From assembly GCF_964204645.1 (NCBI RefSeq), contig NW_027437476.1, forward strand, positions 1-60,000: a stretch of 60,000 nucleotides of DNA, given 5' to 3'. The notes beneath the pieces were generated by a model. It had not been told where the DNA came from, did not search any database, and was given only the letters and a program-made list of their open reading frames with translations. The position numbers and the translations under genes were made by a program. This DNA is from Tubulanus polymorphus. Its lineage: Eukaryota > Animalia > Nemertea. How positions within the stretch are numbered: the stretch's first letter is position 1; the number at the start of each line of letters is the position of its first letter. This document shows positions 13,726-27,900 of the stretch, in pieces.

Positions 13726-14172
13726 CTACAAATGATTGCAATACATGTATCAGATTTAGTATTCATTGGGGTAACAAACTTAAACATCATTAAACTCATT
13801 GCATCTCCTCCTGCAATCAAGTGTATGATTAGTGGAACGAAGTGTGTGCACTAAGCAATAGCTATATCCCCTTCTACTACTTACTTTAGCCTATCCCTTG
13901 ACTGAAATGCTCCAGGGCACCAGATTGTATTTTTACAAGGAGCAGACTTGTAGGACCGTGTACCCCTCCCAACTTTCGCTATTAAACTACCAGTCCTCTC
14001 ATTCTGGTAAGTATAATTTCATTTTTTGAACCCATAAGTAGGTGCCTGTTTGAATAGTATTATAGGGGTCAGGCCATAAATGTGATCCCCTTCCACTATG
14101 ATCCCTTTCAATTTATGATAGTAACTTCTTTCTGAATCTTTCTTTATCATGATACCTCCTCCAATACCATAC

Positions 14173-17100
14173 CTTTTTTAATACATTTTCTAGGCTCCAC
14201 TGGTTTGATAACGCAATCCATAGCAACAGGGGATTCAAGCACTTCATTTCCATCAACTGTAAGGCAAAAGATTTTCACAAAATACATTTTTGATATCATT
14301 TAATAACTAGGGGTCCTGGGAAAACATGGCCACTTGGGAGTTGGCTTGAAATGCTAAAAAATTAATTAAAATTATTCTTCAAAATTTCCCCTCAAAAACT
14401 TCAAATACATGTATAAACCAAATATGAAGACAATCCATAGAGATGCGAACAGCAGACGAAATAGCCTGCCTAGGACTGGGCTAAGTGGGCTAAAAACTGG
14501 TTTTAACGTGGCGTTAAAACAAAAGACTGGTTTTCATACTTTTTATGAGTGTTATATTTTTTTCTTAATGTGGCCCGAATCAGCCACCATATGATGGGCT
14601 CTGAGGGATACAAATATATATGACAGATCAAGATAAATCATTGAGGGGTCTTCAAAATTTCCTCGATTAACCCTCGATTACAAGATAATTTGCTTTAATT
14701 CGACGAGAAAATGAAAAATGGCCCTTTCCACAAATAAAAACTATCCATAAAATCAATGGTAGTTTTTTATTTTGAAAATCCCTACGAAATAGTAGAGTAT
14801 TTACAGAAGTATAGCTATTTTAGAAGTAGAATTTCCGTTTCCCTTACAAAATTCAGTGTAGGGATAGGGACCTGTGTTCTGGCAAAATTTAAGTTTTAGG
14901 TTATGAAGCCTTAAATAAATGCATCTTCTTATTCAGCTTGTGGAGAGGTTATCAGGGCGGGGATTAAACTCAAAGGACTAATGTTTTTTAAACTTAAGTC
15001 ATTTTTAATGTGCGGAACTAAATAGTAAATATTGGTCCGGCCAATAAGGCCCCAAATGCCCCGGTTCCGCTGCCCATGGCTGGGTAGGACATATGTTCAA
15101 AGTGGGCTAAAAATTGATCTATAAAGGAATTCCCTGAAAATTTAATTCTATTAAGCCTATTTACCTTTGATGACACTAGTTATAGCGTTCAGGGTTGTAC
15201 TCAAATCAAACTCGTTCGATTCTGAAAAAACACATGTGTTAAATGAATGATTTTGCTTTAGATGTCCATATGTTTCGTTGATTTTACAAATGCTTATTTC
15301 TTTTCGGGTAAACCTACGTTCATTTAGATCTATATCTTCATCATACAAGGAACGATTGTGTGAATTTTCTTCAACTAGCAGTGATCCCATATCTTCTAAA
15401 AATGATTTTATAACACAACATTTGCAATTTTCCTCATTACTGCAATGAACTGCAACTCATATTTAAATTTCAATTAGAACTCATTAAAAAATGAAAATTG
15501 TTTTTTATCAACATTGATCATTTGGGCCAAAAAACTAGATACCTTGTTTTTTATTACTATTTCTATTATCTTTAAGAAAAAATAAGTTTGTTATAAGACA
15601 ATCACAAGCTTGCTCTCAGAAAACATGAAATACTTATTGAATATAAAACATTAAGGTAAAGGCTGACTTATGTCGACAAGCAACGCGACACCTATCGACT
15701 CGACTGAGAGCACCAGCAATCGCAGCCCAGCTTATGTCGACTGCGCTCCGATTCGCAGCAACTGATGGCTCAGATGGTCACGCGATAAACATTTAAAGAA
15801 TAAATTTATATTATTTTGAATTATAGGGAAATATGTTTCTAGTTGAAAAGCTATTTCTTTAAGATCTTATCTTTCTGATTTTGTTTTGAATACAATGTGC
15901 TAGCGACATCATATAAAGATGGCCGCCCACACGGTAATTCTACCAATTTCATTTCTAGATCGCCGGTCCAGTCATCTGCCGTGCTGAAGGTTTGGTTTGC
16001 CTTTGAAATTACTTAAAGGGCAAATGCTGTCAAAATTGATCTTTCAGTGATTTCTTAACCAGAAGAAACTTAAGTATAATGACCCGAGACCTGACTTATC
16101 GAAAAAGGTTGCTCGAATTAGCCGTAAATTAGTCATTTATCCTTCACTCCGTGCGTATATTTCACATACAATACAACGCTAACTAGCAGTCAAAATTTGC
16201 ACTGTACATATTCGGTCTCTGATTGGCTGGAATTCATGCGCTCAGTTCCATCGCGTCGTAAATGAGCTTATGTCGGTTGCGATCGAAAGCAACTGCCCGC
16301 CTGCCATAGGCCGGAGTAGAACATGAGCAACTAGCCGGATACGGTTTGCAACGAGTCTGTAGGCGTCGGGTTGCCGTCGCAAGCCGATTTATGTCGAACC
16401 GATAGAGCAGCAACTGGCGGCCTCTCGTAGGCCGCTATTCGGCGATAAACCCAGTTGCATCGGTAGGCATTGAGTGGCTTGTCGACACCAGCCATTCATG
16501 CAGTTCAGATTTTATCTATACTATTGAATTTTCAGGTCACTCTACAATCCTGGGCAATTTCGTTATCATTTAGCCTATAATTGTTTACATAAAAATTGAG
16601 ACATGGGTAGTGATGAGAAACAAGGTATCTTTTTAGCCCTAATTAATTAACTTAAAGGGTTCATAAGATCCTATAAATTACACTTCAGTTTATCGTACCC
16701 CTACCTTCAAAGAGACCGACACCTATTTCACCTCCTTGCTGTGAAACGTTTTCAATTATTAGTGACTCCAATCCATCTGAAATTTATATTTGCAAGATTG
16801 TGATAAACAATTTTCATTCTGACTTTTCAGATATATTTCTATATTATCTTCATTTGATACTGTTTCTTGTGACAAACTTTTTGATATCAAGCCATGCAAT
16901 GAGATTCCACTCCGCTCTAGATCATCAAAACCAGTTTTAACCAGGTTCACATATTCTCTGAGGGGTAATCAGATGTCACCTATGATCCGAGGTCACTGTT
17001 CTATGCAATCATTTATGAGAATTGGATAGTCGACCTCTCTCACGTCAAAATACATGATGTACTTATTTTCACAGTAACAGAATATAAATTAACTTTCATG

Positions 17101-20100
17101 ATGCGGTCGCTTGGCTAAGGGATGATAAACTGGGGTCCGTGGACTTATGTTCACTTGGTGAAATGCTTGACAATCTGACAAATATAATATCCAATGCTGT
17201 GATGACTGACCAATTGTGTATGAAAATTGACTGATAAAACACCTGTGTGACAAAACAAAGTCCTATCCGAAGTATACCATCATGAAGTCCATCATGAATT
17301 TCAAATGACACACACCATGAATAAGCTACAGGGCATGGAAAATGTCTAAGTAGCGTCCAATTGACCTTGTCGAAAAGTGGCGTGAAAGACTTTACCTTTA
17401 TGATACCACAAGCAAGGCATACGCAAACAGAACCACTAAACGCGCTGCCCTCCAGTCACATGGCGCCGCCTTGCTTTTCCCTTGGTATTCAATTAAATTC
17501 AAATTTATTTAGATAGCGCGTGAGTTGCCTTCGATGTGCGCACTGTGGATCTCAACGATCGGCAAGTCCCATGCAGTTGCTGCAACTAACTGGTTGTAAC
17601 TAGAATTTTGATTTGTGCGGGGCAATCACTTGTTAGTGGTCTCCAGTCGCTTTGTCAATGTACGCTAGGCTTAATTTACCAGGTTCATGTATTGATCTCA
17701 ATGTAATCGTGTTGGTTCAGCAGCGACCACTAATCAGATCGTTAAAGAGTTCTTAGAATAGCCAGAAAAAGAGTTATGGTCAGCGATTTAAATTTTTTAC
17801 CCTGCTGTTTTGTTGCACAATTATTCATTGTTGTAAGATTTCCACATGAGATTTACTTTGGACATGTCCGCGAATAGCTGCAACTAACAATATGTAAAAA
17901 GTACTTCTCGGTGAACAGCAATGGCTGCCAGCCAGCTAACTAGAATCTGATGTGTCTAGGGGTAGATACACGTATAGCCAAAATATCAAGGCAAAACATT
18001 GAACAGTCTTCGTGAAAAATGAACACAATTGCTTATTGGGACTAGGCTAAAGTCCTAAGTGGGCAAAAAATGAATTAAATAAATAAGAACTTACCAGTTC
18101 TCTCCTGTGGGGCTACAGATAATTCTAAGTCCTGATCGGCGTTGATGAGTGAGACATCTATGTTCTCCGAAATCACACTGCCTTCTGCAACTACAATGCA
18201 TAAAACCCCTTATTTTAAAGCATATATATGGAAATAAAAACAAACATTTATCATTCGTTTCCACTGCCACATCATCTTTTGACATCACACACGCGCGCGC
18301 TCGCGCGCGCGCACCCACGCACGCACGCACACACACACACACAATGGATGGATACATTTTCTCGGGTTAGTTCAGTGAATAGCAACAGTTATTTGTGTGT
18401 GGGCAATAAAAATATGTGTGTAATAAAACGCTTACCAGTACTCTCCTGAGGGGCTACAGATAATTCTAAGTCTTGATCAGCGTTGATGAGTGATACAATT
18501 GAGACGTCTATGTTCTCCGATATCACACTGCCTTCTGCAACTACAATGCATAAAAATCATTTTCATGTTATCCCTGTTAATAAGATAAAGGTTATTCATG
18601 CAATTGGTCATGATACATACCTTTAAGTAGGGGTGAGCTTCTTTTCTTATTCGGAGTGCTTGAAAACACATTCATTGAAGTCACATCAACTGAAAATAAA
18701 ATAAATGGGGTCCATATTTTTAAGTAATTTCTTTATGTATTAGCATATAACTTGATATTGGTTGCCCCCTAGCTAAAGGATAATAAAATAAAGTTATAAA
18801 GTTATCCCGATTAGATAAAAACATTACAAAATTTTCCTCAAAATATCCTTGTTCCTACGTAATGAGGTCAAAATGGTAGCCTAGCTGATTACGTAATAAC
18901 ACACTGCTCCTACAACCCATCAGATATAAGGTTCTTCCCTATCATTCATACCTCACATTTCACTATTATATGCAAACCATTAAAGATCAAGTGTAGCCTA
19001 TTCATCAACATTCTTATTATGATCTCATTCCATAGATATACCAGGAGAAAAAAGTTATTTTTTCGATAAATACTGAACTTCAATAAATATATGGATTTGA
19101 GAAATGAATAACAGGTACGCAAATTTTCTGAACGCGCACTGACTACTCGCGCACTGACTACTCGCTATGCATATGAAGTCGAGGGGGCTACAGTGAATAC
19201 AACACAACGTGCGCTGTACACACATTGTCAGTATAAGTCTTATCAGTCTTTTTATATTTCAGTAATCCATCACTCATTACAGCTAAAATTTCTCCAGAAT
19301 GATAATTATGAATTTATGTAACATAATCTATTGTTAAACACAAAAGCTATCTTGGGCTACACTTGATCTTTAAGAATCTGTAAGCCTAAGAATTCTAACC
19401 ACAAAAACACTTTTTTGGATAATGCCATCGCATAGGTAAGAGTTTCTGATACCGCTAAATTTCATTGCAATACTGGGCTCTTATGTAAGTAGAACATATA
19501 CACACTTAATATCAAATAAATTCATTGGGTTTTAACATGCTGATTTTGCGAAGAGGGGTTTAGTATGATCGTGCCAGATTTGGGCTGCAGATGTGACTAC
19601 ATAAGCTACAAGTAGGCTTATAACCAATTCCAAAAAATCCATCTTAGTGTCATCAAAACATCCCAAATTAAGTGGATTCCATGTACAGATGGACTACGGC
19701 AAAAAAGTAGATCCCCAAGTTGACTCGGGGTTCTCTGACATAGAAATCCAGAAAACTTTAAAAAAAATGCTTACCAGTACTCTCCTGAGCAGCTACAGAT
19801 AATTCTAAGTCTTGATCAGCGTTGATGAGTGATACAATTGAGACGTCTATGTTCTCCGATATCACACTGCCTTCTGCAACTACAATGCATAAAAATCATT
19901 TTCATGTAATCCCTATAAATAACTCAAGGCCGTTTTTCATTATTAGTTGGGATTACGGATCCGCCGCAAAAATTTTCCGATTCTAGATGTAAACAGAAAT
20001 CTTATTCTTATCCCCCCCCCCTTATACTTAAGCATATACTATACGGATATAAAAACAAATAGGCCTATTTATAACTAGTAAAAATACCCATCTTCGATGG

Positions 20101-22046
20101 GTTGGAAGATTATGTGCGGCTTCTTAAATGTCAGCCTAATAAATCCCGATTGACCTTTCCAATTAAATTCAAGCGATTTTTCCTCCCTCCCCTGAAATAA
20201 TCCCCATTCTCAACATGCCCCTCAAGCAACATTTCCTCCCAGAAGCCTGGAGAATGTCTACCCCTTTATTCCTGGATCCTTACTATGCCTTACAATAAAT
20301 ATTTATTTAGAAATTTATTGTTCACCCCGTACTGAGAGTGGCTGGTTTGCAGCGGATACAAATGGTTCAGTGAAATTCGGGTCAAATTGAGTAAAACACC
20401 CCCACACAACACTGCAGTAACAGATAACACAGCACATGCGCATGTACACGCAATCTACTTCCAACTTCTGGAATCTACTGGGATTTTGGGGTCAAATTGA
20501 GTAAAACACCCCCACACAACACTGCAGTAACAGATAACACAGCACATGCGCATGTACACGCAATCTACTTCCAACTTCTGGAATCTACTGGGATTTTGGG
20601 GATTTAAATGCAGGTGAAATTAGACCCTGGATCCAAAAAAGTTGTTATCTTTACCATAAGAAACCATCCCTCTATGCACATGCCAAGTTTCATTGCCGAA
20701 CAACGAAGAGATTTCGCGCAAACTGGTAACGAAAAATGACAGTCCCCTTTATAGTATAGATTATTTTCCACTGCCACATCATCTTTTGACATCACACACA
20801 CACAATGGATGGATAAATTTTCTCGGTTCGTTCAGTGAATAGCATCACTTGCAAAATGATTACGTCAGTTATTTGTGTGTGGGCAATAAAACCTTGTGTA
20901 ATAAAATGCTTACCAGTACTCTCCTGTGAGGCTACAGATAATTCTAAGTCCTGATCGGCGTTGATGAGTGAGACATCTATGTTCTCCGAAATCACACTGC
21001 CTTCTTCAACTACAATGCATAAAACGCCTTATTTTAAAGCACATGAAAATAAAAACAAACATTTATCATTCTTTTCCACTGCCACATCATCCTTTGACAT
21101 CACACACATAATGGATGGATACATTTTCTCTGGTTCGTTCAGTGAATAGCATCACTTGTACAAATGGCGACGTCAGTTATGTGTGTGTGGGCAATAAATA
21201 GGCAATATTCGGGTATTATTATCTCAAAACGACCTCCATGATAGTTTTATTATTTTTCAAATCCCGCTCCCTGATCACTTATTTAGTAATGAATTCAATG
21301 CTTTGAGAGAAAAAGAATGTTTGCTTTTTAATTCTTTTCTTGCCTCTGCAATTCTTTCAAGTGCATCAAATCCGTGATCCAACTTATAAAAAACACCCCA
21401 TTGGAGTCACATCAACAACTGAAGAGAAGTTGAGAAGTTCTTGATTTCTCAAATTTTGGCCCCAAAAAAATAAACTTAGGTGTCAAAATATTTGTTCACC
21501 ACACACAACCATAATTCACACAATTCCTTCTGAGCACAAATGCAGCAGTTTCTTTACCCAGAGATGAATAAACAAGAAACTTCAGTCACAAGCAATCCCA
21601 AAAGGAAATTGCCAAAAAGATAAAAATGACATCAGTTGTCAAGCATTCATGCATATCATGGAGATCCTAAACCGCCTGATACCAGAAATTTCTTTTTTTA
21701 AATTCCATCTTATATAGCCCAATGAACTATCTCAGAGTACGAAAATGTACACTCAAATTTAATTTATAATGCATGTTGATTAACTAGTTTTCTCGAGAGA
21801 AATAAAGCATCTATTTCTCTCAACTTCAGATTCAAGTTGTGTTGAGGAAAATCTAGCAATATTTATTGTTCAAAGACATGACTCAACTTCAAAATAGCTT
21901 GGCATCCTCGTTTCCAGTTGCTCAATTAGGCCTACTCAATGAAAAATTGTGTAGGCCTTGTGAACCTAGCACAACATTTGGTGCCAAAAAATCTTACCTA
22001 CCTATCAGACTTATGCTAGTGTCAGTACAATCAGTTGATTCACCAC
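14173..22046 (-). CDS. Probable upstream acidic/low-complexity exons of the same transposase gene
   Basis: Chain of phase 1-1 GT-AG exons: 22046-22002, 21009-20914, 19879-19775, 18540-18436, 18190-18095, 16776-16705, 15395-15165, 14256-14173. All are open multiples of 3 and compatible with the phase-1 acceptor at 13725. Start codon not located; possible extra exons at ~16.8-17.2 kb are unresolved. Confidence 0.6.
15661..16493. mobile_element. MITE-like element with imperfect GGCTG...CAGCC TIRs
   Basis: Left ggctgacttatgtcgacaagc vs right (revcomp) ggctggtgtcgacaagc; internal ttatgtcg repeats; no clean TSD. Confidence 0.5.
18984..19369. mobile_element. Kolobok-like MITE (386 bp)
   Basis: Perfect 15 bp TIR AGATCAAGTGTAGCC with TTAA on both sides (18980-18983, 19370-19373). 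Confidence 0.85.
20075..20760 (-). mobile_element. Non-autonomous Helitron
   Basis: Minus strand: A|TCTATACTATAAA at the 5' end and CTAG|T at the 3' end. Subterminal hairpin ACCCATC-TTC-GATGGGT (20086-20102). Internal ~112 bp tandem duplication (~20379-20601). Paralogous exon units show the empty site. Confidence 0.8.
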
Positions 22047-24689
22047 CTGAAAGTACATATCGAAGGGAACTCATTATGAATTCTAATTTTCTAAAAGGGA
22101 TAAAAATGTTTTAGATATGACCAGAGAAAACCGGTGTACACCCCACTTTGCTATCAATTGCTATAAAAAAAATTAATAATTAGGGATAAAATTTGGTAAA
22201 TTACTGATATTCTAGGCAGATTCTAAATAATATGATTTATGGCAGGAATCTGAACAAAAAGTTCAATTAGAATAAAGATAGAGTTTGGCGTGTCTGTTGC
22301 TGTTAACTTAAAAAGGGGTCGTCTCATTGCTCCGAAAGACCCATTACTCCGAAAATCCATTAGATAAAATGTAGTTAAAGCTGGTCCCATTACTCTGAAG
22401 TCGCAATACTCCGAGGTCCCAATACTCCAAACAATTTATTTGTGAGGATCAATAAAGCAGGACTGAACTTAAGATTTCATTAGGAAAGCTAGGCCTGATA
22501 GCACAAATTATGAAAAATGTTTAATTCAAGGCGCCGAAATAACATCCTTGAAAACGTTCTATTGATTTTTACAATAACATAATGCCGGGGTAGATAGTGA
22601 TATAGGGTACGGCGACTTTACGATCAATTCCCCGTTTTTGAAATTCCGTGGCCAGGCGAGTTGTTTCAAAGCGAGTTGTTTAAAAGGCAACCAAAAGGCT
22701 CCCAATCTGAACCCTTCAAATAATGTTCATCAATGTCGTGATTGTGTCTCTTTTACCCCTTTCAATATAGGCCTAGTTACAAATGGATTAAAAATTAATA
22801 TATAGGTCAACTGCCAGTGCTTTCAGGTTTCAATGCAGACTTTTTAGCAATCCTTCAATGGGGCCTACAGTGAAGAATTTATTAGAAATTAATGTTTTAG
22901 GTCAACTGCCAGTCCTCTCTGGCCCTAAAAAGACTTATATCAGGTATGTACCTCCAAAACTGACTGAGGTAGCCCACCTGGTATGCTCTCAAGTCAGGGC
23001 GAAATAGACATTAGACATTGTACTATCTGCATGAGGCCAAGGCCTAATTACCAATTAGGCCTTATTTGGCCTAATTACCAAATCACAAAATTTTTGATAA
23101 AAGGTATAGTTCCATCATAGCTTGGTCATTTTGATTACTTAAAAAGGCACTTTTTTGCTAAAAAAATTACACTAAACATGTATTTATTTAAAAAGGATAT
23201 CATTGACACTGATGCCTTTTTTCTTAAATGCCTTTTTTCAAATTCTGACATGGTCAGAAATAACAGCTAGATCCACCCTGATCCTCACTTGCCAGGGTTT
23301 GATTGCTTCCCGCCGCACAGCTCACACCAACACAAACCCTCTAGGCACCCACCAGTCTATGTATTAACCCAATCAGACACGCTACTTTCCATCTAGGTCC
23401 TATTTAATTTAAACACCATCAGAGGGGCCTGACAAAAACTTTTTGACCCCAGTATCAGGTACTATTCTTAAAGGGTAACTGACACTTTTTTTTAATTTCA
23501 AAATATGATGTATTCTATTGATCTATACACTCATCTTCAACCGTTCTGTTCAAAAATGTTAAGTTCACGCGCAATTTGTGATTTTATAACATGATTTTTG
23601 ACCTCATTTCGTTGTTTACATCGCTTACTGTTCAGCATCGGCTAAATCAGCAGGGGCGCGCTGCAACGTCATTAACGGGACAGCTGAGAAATAGCCTAGC
23701 GTCTATAGAAATGCGTTGTTGAATTTTGAGGAAACTGCGTGTATTTTCTGTTATATCTCAATGCCTGATTGTTCTTCAGCTTTGAAACTGGCCAGGAAGG
23801 CAAAAGGATCTATTGTCTATTGCATAAACCTATTTCAAAGAATCAATGAGTAGGCCTAATTTGAATAGGCTAAATCCATCAAATTGAAGATGCAGATTTC
23901 AATGCACTGCGTAACGGTACACTATGCTAAGCTCTCAGCACTGTTACTGCTGTTCTACAGTTCACCTATACAAAATGTAGTTCAGCACCACAGGCACAAA
24001 ATGTCTTAGCTGGTAGGGTAACTCCACGTAATTTCGGAAGGTATTTTCGGATGCGCTGTTTTGACGGATGATTTTCGACATGAACAAATGCCGTTGGAAG
24101 GTGGATATTTTTACAGCCTGATATTTCTGCTTCCAAATATTACTCCAGAATCGATTTGAAATATATCCATTAAAATAACTTACCAGTATGAGACATTTAT
24201 AGAGACAACATAATTTCGGAAGCCCGGGTTACGTAATTTCGGAAATAGTCAACATAAATTCGGAAATGCATATATTCGTTATTTTTGTGTATGCGTTCTA
24301 TGAAACTAGGCTAGAACGTATTTGGGTTATACTAATTGCTTCTACAGGGGTGGCAGCATTTAGTAACAGCTGGTTAGATCAGAAACATCTAGGGACAAGA
24401 CACCATTTGGGTTCGAATCCCATAAATATTTTTTTTATCCGAGTGGAATTTCCAGCAATTGTATGAATTTCTACAGCCTACTAGATGGTGGATATGGTAA
24501 TCCCAATTCACCAAGATAAAAGGAAGACCGTTAGAAATGCAGCAACCGTCGAGAAGGTACATGTAATAAACTGATTAACTAACATGTAATGTAGGCCTAA
24601 AAGGCGTAACAGAAAGTAATAAATTTTTATTGCACTATTTATAAACATTTTTAAGACTAGATGAGTAACAAAAAGAGTAACAAAAAACA

Positions 24690-24900
24690 AACATACATAG
24701 GCCTACATATATACACATACATACATACATAAATACATACACACATACATAAATACTTGGTAAATACATACATACATACACACATACATAAATATATACA
24801 TAAATACTTGGTAACTACATACACGCATACATAAATACATACACACATACATAAATACATACACACATACATAGATACACGCACACGCACACACGTATAT
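24690..24900. repeat. (ATAC)n-type compound microsatellite inside the pogo 3' region
   Basis: acatacatacataaatacatacacac... directly visible. Confidence 0.9.
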
Positions 24901-24959
24901 ACAATACAATAGCAATACAACTTTAAGGCCTCTCTACGTAACAAAACGTAGTAAGCCTA

Positions 24960-27900
24960 TTACATGCAAGCGAACAAATCGCAAGTCTTTGAAAATTCAT
25001 CAACTTGAAATGCCATCTGCATCCTCGTATTTACCACCTCAGGCGGTTTCAAGTTGTTCAGTACATTCTCAACGGGATGCTCTTCGATAATATCCACATC
25101 GGGCCAAACGAATAAATTTTTCTTGCAGTGTTGTTCAAGAAACTGAACGGATATTACTTCTCCGAAGTCCAATATCTCTAGAATCTGCAAGCAGTTAAAC
25201 ATAACAATCACAGGAGAATTGTATTTTTCCTTTCAGATAAAATAATTCAGCCGATTAATACATACCACTCCAAAGTATAAGTGCTTCCTGCGCTTCTCAC
25301 CTTCCTGATAAAGGGCAATATATGAACCTTCACTACAAAGTAAGTACCCCGGTACAAATAAATTATTCATCACTAGTGACTAGATATTTATATTTTATAT
25401 TTAGAAGCGCAGCAAGTTATTTACCTTATGTTGATTTCGTAAACCATGTTGACACCACTTGTCTCAGGCACAGGATCCTGAAATTCAGAATTACACATTA
25501 TAGCCATTCTCAATATGAAATTTTAATTAAACGGTTTAATTTTTGTTCAATAAACTTATATATAATTTTAGCCTACCGGTTACCGGGTACCTCAGTTACT
25601 CATATTACAAATAAACTGACGAAAGTGAACACATATAACATATTTTTTTACTCACATGAACTACGGCTAATTTTTCCTTGTCTGGTCTTGATGGAGCCTG
25701 AACAATAAAGGAATACAAAGTATGAATATTATTTTCATTAAATTTGCTCATTTCAAGAGATCTTTTTCAACTTACAGGATTAATGGAGCAAGTTCCATTT
25801 TGTGGTCTTGTTGAAGCCTGCAAGAGTTTTTATTAATTATTGAATTAATTTCTTTATGATGTGTGTTTTTCACCGTTTGATATGAATCGTAGAACTGTTC
25901 TTAAACTTACCGTTGTCAAACATTTCTTTTTCCTTCTTTCTAGTTTTTCCTTTTCTTTTTGTTCTTTCAACTTCTGTTTTGAAACCGCATTTGCATATGC
26001 ATCATCCGCAGTTAGAATGAAATAACGCTTATCATCGCGTTTTCTTTTCTTTTCAGTTGGCATCAGTACGGGATAATCCAGCACATCATTGTCGGGATCA
26101 GCTAAGTACATCAAAATTAATCAGTAAGTATATGCAATTTGTTTGTAATTATATATTATTTATACTGCATATTTACATGGCGAATAAGTATTATCATTAT
26201 TTTAAAAATGATCTTAACTCTTACCTGGGGATGAGTTATTTTCGATCGGGAAGCTATCGATAACTTCAGCTGATGATTTAGTTTTCAAAATTTTCCATGC
26301 TGAATACAGTGCATCATTAGTCAAGTCACAGCCTTCGGTGTATCGTTCTTCAAATTTTTTCTTCATTTCCGAGGAAATGGCTGATTCCATTGCCTTTAAG
26401 GCAATGGAATGACCATCGATAGTTATAGGCAGTGTCTACAAAATAATATGGTCAACCACTGATTGAGAAGATTATAAAACAATTCACAAATTAAAATATC
26501 TCATCCATTTGAAATCATCAATAAAATCTGCAATTATCATTTTGAAAAGGATATATTGTGCTTGGACTTGAGAGACTGAAAAAATCAATGATCATGAAAA
26601 AGGTTAGAAACTGTAACACACAATGCAACAAACACTCGAACAGGTCATTAGTCCAAAAACAATCTAAACAAATTAAATTAATCATAAAAAAGTTGAAGTG
26701 AAATTAAATCACTATTCACACCTCACGAAATGGTTTTTCAACTGTTGTCAATACATTAGATGCAGATTCCTAAGTAAAAAGTAATGTGAAGAAAATTTTT
26801 TTTTTTCATCTTTACATTTGATAATATATATGGAACTAGGTTCTCTTAGATATATTTTAGATTTTTGTGCAAGTTTTACGAGAAAAATACCTTCGATAAT
26901 CCTGAAAATGGATCTTGCATCGTTTCAATTGTAGGATCTGATACCTATAACCCATTATAAAAAAAAACATGTAGGTACAGTTAACCTCAATTAAGGGCAA
27001 TACGGGTTACTTATTATTCAGTAACTCACCACATCAGCAACTCTTGTGCTTGATGGTAAAAAAGCTTCCTTGGGAATGATCTCGGGATTGAATGGAAAAA
27101 GACCACATGCTCGAAAACCATTTATAAGGTTCTCCGGGGTTATACTGAGCCATGTTGGTCTGAAGATCTCAAAGAAACAACTTTTGTTCACTATACGTCC
27201 CGGATTTTCGTTATGAAAATTCAAACATAGGCGATTCCATGATGCTTTCAATGTCTTAAAGCATGATCTTCAAAGAAAGTGAAACATTAATTAGTCAGTT
27301 GAGGTCTAATTTCATTGGAAGATGTATTCTTTAATAAAATCTGTAAGAAGTGTGTTTACCGATCTAAAGGTTGCAACCAATGTGAGGTATGTTCTGGTAA
27401 TTCTAACAGTGTTACTCCATTTTCTCTTGCCAGCTCGACCAATTCAAGAAAATTGTGGCTGTTATGTCCATCGGATATCAAAATCTGTGGACGAGCCGCT
27501 CCAATAGCAGGTAAAAAATTTTTCTTAAACCAAATCGTTGCAATTCCCTGTTGAAATCATGAATACATGAAATTTGACAATGCTTTTCACTTCAGGAGCC
27601 TGATTCAAAATGTGACTGACAACTAATTACCTGTTTCGTCCAACCACTCTCCGATACAGAAACTGTCGTACCTGCCGGTGCGTTCATTGTGTCAACTGAG
27701 AGTAATGATGCTGCCGTCTTGCCCTTAAAAATAACGTTAGGGGCCAGCATCTGCCCAGCAGCATTTCCACATGCCATGATCGTAACTGTTTCGCGATTGC
27801 CGCTGATTCGAGATTGAACATACTTGCTCCCTTTTCTGTAAATAAGAGTTTTGAAAATAAAATTTTCATCGTTATAACGTTCATTCCTAAATCTGTTGTT

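Larger units (their letters stand above)
18095..21200 (-). repeat. Four dispersed tandem copies of an exon-containing unit
   Basis: ttaccagt(a/t)ctctcctg...gctacagataattctaagtc...ctacaatgcataaaa occurs at ~18091, 18432, 19771 and 20910, with shared flanking intron sequence. Confidence 0.9.

Noticed and set aside
24657-24944. Cys/Val/Tyr/Met-rich ORFs
   Set aside because: Translations of the (ATAC)n microsatellite.
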